Source: an uncultured Spirochaetia bacterium (GTDB lineage Bacteria > Oederibacteriota > PGYV01 > Palsa-1178). From it: a stretch of DNA of 64,000 nucleotides. The position numbers and the translations under genes are program-made. The notes under the pieces are model-generated. The model searched no databases and was not told the DNA's origin. It saw nothing but the letters and a program-made list of their open reading frames with translations. Positions 57,349 through 64,000 of the stretch are shown one piece after another (position 1 is the stretch's first letter; the number at the start of each line of letters is the position of its first letter). The stretch is taken from NCBI GenBank assembly GCA_964565765.1, contig CAZMGF010000001.1, forward strand, positions 43,283 to 107,282. The letters run 5' to 3'.

Positions 57349-58361
57349 TGAAGGCAATCACCATAAAAGACATCGGCAAAAAACTCGGCATTTCACACAC
57401 AACTGTTTCCCGCGCCATCAACGGCGACACGCGTATCAGCAAAGCCACACGCGACAGGGTCATGGCGGCGGTGGAAGAGATGGACTATTCCCCGAATCTT
57501 GCCGCGCGCGGCCTGGTAAAAGGGAAATCAAACACAATAGCTATCGTGACCCCTTCATATTTTGCCAATTTTTCAGTTGATGTAATGAGGGGCATTGAGC
57601 CTGAAATGATAAAAACCAAATATGACATCTGCTATTATACAACAAGCCGTTACACAACCATGGGAACACAGGGGATGGATGAACATATTTATGAAATGAT
57701 ATTGAACGAAAAAAGGGCCGACGCGGTAATTGTGATAAACGGTTCTCTGCAGGGGAGAAAGGATATAATTAAGCGTTACAGGGACGCGGGGATCCATCTG
57801 GTGTTTGTGGAGGGCAGGGATGACTGGGGGCACAGGGTCCATTATGACAACCAGAAGGCCGCGGCAATGGCTGTAAAGCATCTTGTGGAACGCGGAAGAA
57901 AAAAGATCGGGCTGCTTATAGGAAATTTTGACTGTGTTGAATCGATGATGGAAAGGCACGACGGGTTCAGAAAAGCCATGCAGGAATACGGCGGAAAACT
58001 CGAAAAAGAATCAGTATTCAGCTTTATTGAGGATTTCGGGGACGCTGTAAAAAATTCCCTTTATCATTTTATCAAACACAAGATAAACGCAGTATATGTC
58101 GGCACCGGCGATGAGGACGCGATAAGAATGATAAATGAGGCGAAAAAACTTGGCTTAAGGGTGCCTGAGGATATTGCGATAGTGGGGCAGGATGACATAA
58201 GGATGGCAGCGGTGGCCGGACTTACCACAATAAAGCAGCCCATAACCGAAATGGGACAAAAAGCCGTTGAAATGGCCGTTGCCGCCATTGAACAAAAAGA
58301 GCTCAAAAAAATGAGGGATGAGATATTTTATCCGGAATTAATTATAAGGAAGACAACATAA
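57349..58361 (+). CDS. LacI-family transcriptional regulator
   Basis: N-terminal HTH MKAITIKDIGKKLGISHTTVSRAINGDTRISKATRDRV; periplasmic-binding-protein-like sugar-binding core. Confidence 0.85.
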
Positions 58362-58427
58362 AAGATCCGGCCGCCTGGCAAAACCCTTTGCAATTATGAA
58401 GACCTGATATTTTTACAAAAAAAACGA

Positions 58428-58475
58428 TTGACCACAGAATAAAAATATTATACTATTTAGGTTAATCGGTTAATC
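58428..58475 (+). promoter_or_regulatory. Sigma70 promoter TTGACC-17-TACTAT followed immediately by the direct repeat GGTTAATCGGTTAATC (operator-like position)
   Basis: ttgaccacagaataaaaatattaTACTATttagGTTAATCGGTTAATC. Confidence 0.4.
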
Positions 58476-58499
58476 ATAATTTTTAGGGGGAATCCAAGA

Positions 58500-58859
58500 A
58501 TGGACGAATTAAAGAGAAAAGATACAAAAAGGCTGGCGGTTGAACGTGAAATCAAAATACTACAGGCTGCTGCCGCGCATGAATTATCCCCCAAAATGCC
58601 GGAAAAGGCATATATTAAAAATCTTTCGGGCGGCGGATTGTGCATTGTTTCCGACACGCTGATAAAAAAAGGCACTGTAATAGAGGCTGATGTCCTGCTC
58701 AGGACCCACGGCCTTGAAAAATTCAGGGCTTATATACTGGCGGTATGGAGCAGGGAGTCGGAGGAACCCGGATGTTTTGAGACCGGGATGCAGTTCCTTG
58801 GCATTAAGCAGGAAGCCTTTAACGGGCTTGAACACTATTTAAAACAGCACCTCAACTGA
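58500..58859 (+). CDS. PilZ-domain (c-di-GMP-binding-like) protein
   Basis: KRKDTKR...NLSGGGLCIVSD resembles the RxxxR ... D/NxSxGG PilZ signature; about 119 aa. Confidence 0.45.
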   Translation: MDELKRKDTKRLAVEREIKILQAAAAHELSPKMPEKAYIKNLSGGGLCIVSDTLIKKGTVIEADVLLRTHGLEKFRAYILAVWSRESEEPGCFETGMQFLGIKQEAFNGLEHYLKQHLN

Positions 58860-58941
58860 TATCCTTAAAGCGCGGTAAATAATCCTTTACCTTGGACTTT
58901 TTATATAGTATTATTATTTTTGTTTTAAAAATAAACTTTAA

Positions 58942-60252
<1,311 letters not shown>

Positions 60253-60299
60253 TTCATTACTTATTGGTTTTGGATTTTAAATTTTTACTTTAATAAAAA

Positions 60300-60327
60300 G
60301 GCCCCGGTTAACAGCCGGGGCTTTTTA
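60300..60327 (+). terminator. Rho-independent terminator after eno
   Basis: gGCCCCGGttaacagCCGGGGCtttttattt. Confidence 0.7.
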
Positions 60328-60425
60328 TTTACGGAAGTATAAAAAAATGTTTACCTTTAGGCGGGTTGTTGTATAATATTTTTCGGTTTTATTAATGACC
60401 GATATTGAAAAATATGGAGGCTTTT

Positions 60426-61178
60426 ATGTACAAAATAGTTTTGATCAGGCACGGCGAGAGCGTATGGAACAAGGAAAACAGGTTTACCGGATGGACGGAT
60501 GTGGATCTTTCCGAAAAAGGCGTTGAAGAGGCGAAAAAAGCCGGGCAGTATCTCAAGAAAGAAGGATTCTCATTTGACCTGGCCTATACTTCCGTATTAA
60601 AAAGAGCGATAAAGACCCTTTATACGGTTCAGGAGCAGATGGATCAGCTCTGGATACCGGTAATCAAGACATGGCGCCTGAATGAAAGGCATTATGGCGC
60701 TCTTCAGGGGCTTGACAAATCCGAGACTGCGGCAAAGCACGGCGAAGAGCAGGTAAAAATATGGCGCAGGGCATATGACATTGCGCCGCCGAAACTTGAG
60801 GCAAATGACGACAGGAACCCGGCAAAAGATCCCAGGTATAAGGGGTTGAAGCCAAACGAGCTTCCGCTGACAGAGTGCCTTAAGGACACCGTCGCAAGGG
60901 TGCTTCCTTACTGGAACAAGGAAATTGTGCCCAACATTAAAAAAGGCAAAAAAATTGTCATAGCCGCGCATGGAAATTCGCTGCGCGCCCTTGTTAAATA
61001 TCTGAGCAATATTTCGGACAATGACATCGTCAACCTGAATATCCCGACGGCAATGCCGATGGTATATGAGCTGGGAAATAATCTGAAGCCTGTAAAAGAT
61101 TATTATTACCTTGGCGACCCTGAAGAGGTAAAGAAAGCCATGGAAGCCGTGGCAAACCAGGGCAAGGCAAAAAAATAG
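60426..61178 (+). CDS. gpmA: 2,3-bisphosphoglycerate-dependent phosphoglycerate mutase
   Basis: [32 protein letters not shown] with the catalytic RHGE motif; about 250 aa. Confidence 0.9.
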   Translation: MYKIVLIRHGESVWNKENRFTGWTDVDLSEKGVEEAKKAGQYLKKEGFSFDLAYTSVLKRAIKTLYTVQEQMDQLWIPVIKTWRLNERHYGALQGLDKSETAAKHGEEQVKIWRRAYDIAPPKLEANDDRNPAKDPRYKGLKPNELPLTECLKDTVARVLPYWNKEIVPNIKKGKKIVIAAHGNSLRALVKYLSNISDNDIVNLNIPTAMPMVYELGNNLKPVKDYYYLGDPEEVKKAMEAVANQGKAKK

Positions 61179-61187
61179 GGGGAGGCA

Positions 61188-61736
61188 ATGCGTATGCATA
61201 TCTGGCCCGTTTTTTTGGGCGTCTTTTTTATTCTCGCGGGGTTAAATATAATTTTAAAGACATTTTTTAATTTTGATATTCCGTTCTTTAAGATAGCCAT
61301 AGGCCTGTTTATAATTTTTATAGGAATCAGGGTGATGTTTCCGTCAAAATGGCATGGTGATTTTAAACCTAAAGCCGACGGCCGTGCCACCATATTTTCG
61401 CAGCAGGAGATGGGAGGGGCGCTGGTGCCGCACGAGCACAGCATTGTCTTTGGCTCGGCGAAGATTGACCTGACAAAACTTGAAGTAAATGGAAGCGTTA
61501 AGATAAAAGTGGATACTGTTTTCGGGAGCACCGAGATAAAAATCGATCCGTCTAAACCCATGAAAATACACGGCAGCACCGCGTTTGGCGGGATAATACT
61601 GCCAAACGGGAATTCCACAGCTTTTGGAAGCGTGAATTACGAGACGGATTCCTATAAGGAAGGGCAGCCATTTATTTTACTTGAGGTTAATACTGTATTT
61701 GGCGGCACTGAAATCAATAAAGAACCTTTAAAATAA
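61188..61736 (+). CDS. Membrane protein of unknown function (two N-terminal TM helices plus beta-rich C-terminal domain)
   Basis: MRMHIWPVFLGVFFILAGLNIIL...; C-terminal repeated GS[TV]...FG[GS] strands; no confident family assignment. Confidence 0.45.
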   Translation: MRMHIWPVFLGVFFILAGLNIILKTFFNFDIPFFKIAIGLFIIFIGIRVMFPSKWHGDFKPKADGRATIFSQQEMGGALVPHEHSIVFGSAKIDLTKLEVNGSVKIKVDTVFGSTEIKIDPSKPMKIHGSTAFGGIILPNGNSTAFGSVNYETDSYKEGQPFILLEVNTVFGGTEINKEPLK

Positions 61737-61810
61737 AGAAAATAATGCAAAAGAACGATATTTTGTGTTTTTGTCCGGTTAATTAATAATAAAGAACGGC
61801 CTTTAATAAC

Positions 61811-61840
61811 TTGACATTTTTACAGCCGATTATGTATAAT
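61811..61840 (+). promoter_or_regulatory. Sigma70 promoter TTGACA-18-TATAAT (with TG extension); CGGTTAAT motif 30 nt upstream at 61779-61786
   Basis: ttgacatttttacagccgattatgTATAAT. Confidence 0.45.
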
Positions 61841-61910
61841 AAAACCGGGTTTACAAATGCGCGTTGAACTGGATTCTCATAACATAGACTCGATCAAGGA
61901 GGAATTAACG

Positions 61911-62234
61911 ATGGGAATGACTCAGCCGGAAGCAATTGCGGAAAGACTAAAGCAGGAAGCCAAGAGGTTATACGCCGGGGTTCTTATAAGGGTTTCTCTT
62001 GATGCTTATCCTAATGACGACGGAGCGGACATATACATCTACGCCCCGAGGAAATTTTCTGACATGCTGCTATCCAAACTAAAGGCGGCAAGGATACAGT
62101 TCCTGAAAAACACAAAAGTAAGCATTGATAAATTGAGGATTTTTATGGAAGATTCGGAGAATATGTCTCCGGAATTAAAACAGCGGCTTATGGCGGCGCA
62201 GGCTCCACAAGCGCCCCAGGCGCAGCAGAAGTAA
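61911..62234 (+). CDS. Hypothetical protein with Gln/Ala/Pro-rich C-terminus
   Basis: AAGGAGG 8 nt upstream of ATG 61911; MGMTQPEAIAERLKQEAKRLYAGVLIRVSLDAYPNDDG...AAQAPQAPQAQQK. Confidence 0.5.
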   Translation: MGMTQPEAIAERLKQEAKRLYAGVLIRVSLDAYPNDDGADIYIYAPRKFSDMLLSKLKAARIQFLKNTKVSIDKLRIFMEDSENMSPELKQRLMAAQAPQAPQAQQK

Positions 62235-62326
62235 TTTTTAAAGGGGAAAACTTTAAAAATTTTTACAAAACGTATGGCGGGATTAGTGTCCCCATACGTA
62301 TTCATCGTTTAAATAGCGGGAGAAGA

Positions 62327-63250
62327 ATGAAAAAGTTAAAAAGGGAAAAGCATGTAACTTTGATGGTCGTGCCCGACGACACCGGCAGGGTTTTAAGCAT
62401 AAAGCTTAACGCCCCGCTTTTCATGGGCCTGCTCGTGGTATGGCTTGTTTCCGTAATACTCTCCGCGTTTATAATCGTCAGGCATTCCAATTACAGGGCC
62501 ACTCTGGCATATGACAAATACCTCCAGCTCAAACACAGGGAATTTTCCAGGGAAATGGTCGAATCACGCGATACTGTAAAGCGCGTGGCTGAAATAGACA
62601 AACAGCTCCGCGACCTGCTGCAGTTAAGGAGCAGGGACGCGCTCATAAAATACACCGGATTCGGCGGGCCCTCCTACCTGGACACCAAACTCCTTGAAAA
62701 AAATGTAAAGGACGGGGACGAGGTAATTTCCAGAAAAGCATTTGACCTTGCCGTGCAGTATGTTGACGACCAGGCAAAGGGCAATGAACAGTCCTTTCAG
62801 GAAATCATAAGCTATATAACAGAGCAGAGGGCCAGACTTACGGCGGTGCCTTCGGGCTGGCCGATAAAAGGATGGATTACCGCGTCATTCGGCTCCAGGA
62901 TAGACCCTTTCACAGGGTCGCTTTCGTTCCACGCCGGGGTCGACATCGCCAACGATATAGGGACGCCGATAAAAGCCACCGCCGATGGAGTTGTTGTATT
63001 TGCTGAATTTGACGCCGGAGGATACGGCAATCTTGTCACCATCAATCACGGAAACGGGTATATGACAAAATACGGACACATGCTGAAATATATAGTTTCC
63101 CCGGGGCAGTATGTCAAAAAGGGACAGGTCATAGGATACCTGGGCAGCACAGGAAGGTCGACTGCGCCGCACCTTCATTATGAAGTAAGGCTCAACGGCG
63201 TGGCTGTAAACCCGGTCAAATACTTAAGCAGGGAAGTCGCGCTTAAGTAA
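62327..63250 (+). CDS. M23-family (LytM-domain) peptidoglycan endopeptidase with N-terminal TM anchor and coiled-coil
   Basis: HAGVDIANDIGTPIKATADGVVVFAE...GNLVTINHGNGYMTKYGHM...GSTGRSTAPHLHYEVRLNGVAVNP (HxxxD / HxH zinc ligands). Confidence 0.85.
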   Translation: MKKLKREKHVTLMVVPDDTGRVLSIKLNAPLFMGLLVVWLVSVILSAFIIVRHSNYRATLAYDKYLQLKHREFSREMVESRDTVKRVAEIDKQLRDLLQLRSRDALIKYTGFGGPSYLDTKLLEKNVKDGDEVISRKAFDLAVQYVDDQAKGNEQSFQEIISYITEQRARLTAVPSGWPIKGWITASFGSRIDPFTGSLSFHAGVDIANDIGTPIKATADGVVVFAEFDAGGYGNLVTINHGNGYMTKYGHMLKYIVSPGQYVKKGQVIGYLGSTGRSTAPHLHYEVRLNGVAVNPVKYLSREVALK

Positions 63251-63293
63251 TTAATTCCTGAAATTCAAAATAAAAAAAGACCAAGGAGATATT

Positions 63294-63653
63294 ATGATAT
63301 CCGCCGGACTTGAGACCATTATCGGGAAAAGCTGCGAAGTAAAAGGCGGCATTATTGCCAAGGGCGGAGTGCGCGTTGACGGAAAGGTGGAGGGCGGGGT
63401 GATTACCGAGGATTCCGTCATAATTGGGGAAAATGCCGTGGTAAAAGGGGACATTCACGGGACGCATGTTATTATAGCCGGAAGGGTCAACGGCGATGTT
63501 GTGGCCACAATAAAACTTGAAATACTTCATACCGGAAAATTATACGGGGATATAATAACCCCGCAGATAGCCATGGCCGAAGGCGTGGTGTTTGAAGGCA
63601 CCTGCGAAATGGAAAAGAATTTTCAGGAACCGGCAGCCGCCGCCAAGAAGTAA
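63294..63653 (+). CDS. Bactofilin (DUF583 polymer-forming cytoskeletal protein)
   Basis: Right-handed beta-helix repeats KGGIIAKGGVRVDGKVEGGVITEDSVIIGENAVVKGDIHGTHVIIAGRVNGDV; about 119 aa. Confidence 0.8.
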   Translation: MISAGLETIIGKSCEVKGGIIAKGGVRVDGKVEGGVITEDSVIIGENAVVKGDIHGTHVIIAGRVNGDVVATIKLEILHTGKLYGDIITPQIAMAEGVVFEGTCEMEKNFQEPAAAAKK

Positions 63654-63750
63654 CCCCCAAACCGCCCGGCCTAAAACCCGAGTTTTTAATACGCCTTGAT
63701 AAAGGCAAAATAATGAATTATAATTACCGCACGGTAAAAAATTCCTTTAA

Positions 63751-64000
<250 letters not shown>

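Overview
This 64-kb window reads as a chromosomal region of a Gram-negative (diderm) bacterium, with an outer-membrane TonB-dependent-type receptor, T9SS-like C-terminal sorting domains, many sigma70-type TTGACA-N17-TATAAT promoters, and moderate GC with AT-rich intergenic DNA. Gene density is high, with about 55 protein genes and no rRNA, tRNA or CRISPR detected.

Recognisable housekeeping and metabolic genes, in order:
- cydAB (cytochrome bd oxidase).
- A sigma54-type two-component pair plus a methyl-accepting chemotaxis protein.
- An Ogg2-type DNA glycosylase and malQ (GH77 amylomaltase).
- mgtA, with a strong promoter and a long 5' leader.
- A heterodimeric ABC exporter pair.
- A minus-strand glycerol operon: glpK, a GlpA-like FAD dehydrogenase with a BFD domain, an NAD(P)/FAD oxidoreductase, DUF1667 and a CheY-like REC domain.
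- A CBS-GGDEF diguanylate cyclase.
- arsR-acr3-arsC, with a palindromic operator over the -10 element.
- An ABC-F ATPase preceded by a uORF and a terminator-like attenuator.
- mtgA, eno, gpmA, an M23 peptidase followed by bactofilin, and the 5' end of gltX.

Accessory or unusual content:
- (a) Three paralogous secreted proteins with long Thr/Pro-repeat linkers and a shared C-terminal domain of about 90 aa (FPNPF/YPDPY motif, Por/T9SS-like). Two carry polysaccharide-degrading modules: GH8 plus two tandem CBM-like domains, and a rhamnogalacturonan-lyase (PL4)-like module.
- (b) A family of REP-like 'GTAG plus GC hairpin' intergenic elements embedded in larger repeats of about 230 bp with terminal inverted repeats. 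Two near-identical direct copies bracket a two-gene cassette (cupin-XRE regulator plus acyl-CoA ligase) that lies between a FecR-domain gene and an ECF sigma gene.
- (c) A HigB(Gp49)/HigA toxin-antitoxin pair with a consensus promoter and inverted-repeat operator.
- (d) A recurring (A)ACGGTTAA(T) motif near the promoters of both CAZyme genes and several other operons.
- (e) A lipoprotein built from eight tandem repeats of about 45 aa, a PurA-like DUF3276 small protein, and a TfoX-N domain protein.

Nothing here can be called a complete, clearly novel multi-gene system from sequence alone. The repeat-bracketed cassette, the ABC-F attenuator and the CAZyme/CTD protein family are the best leads.
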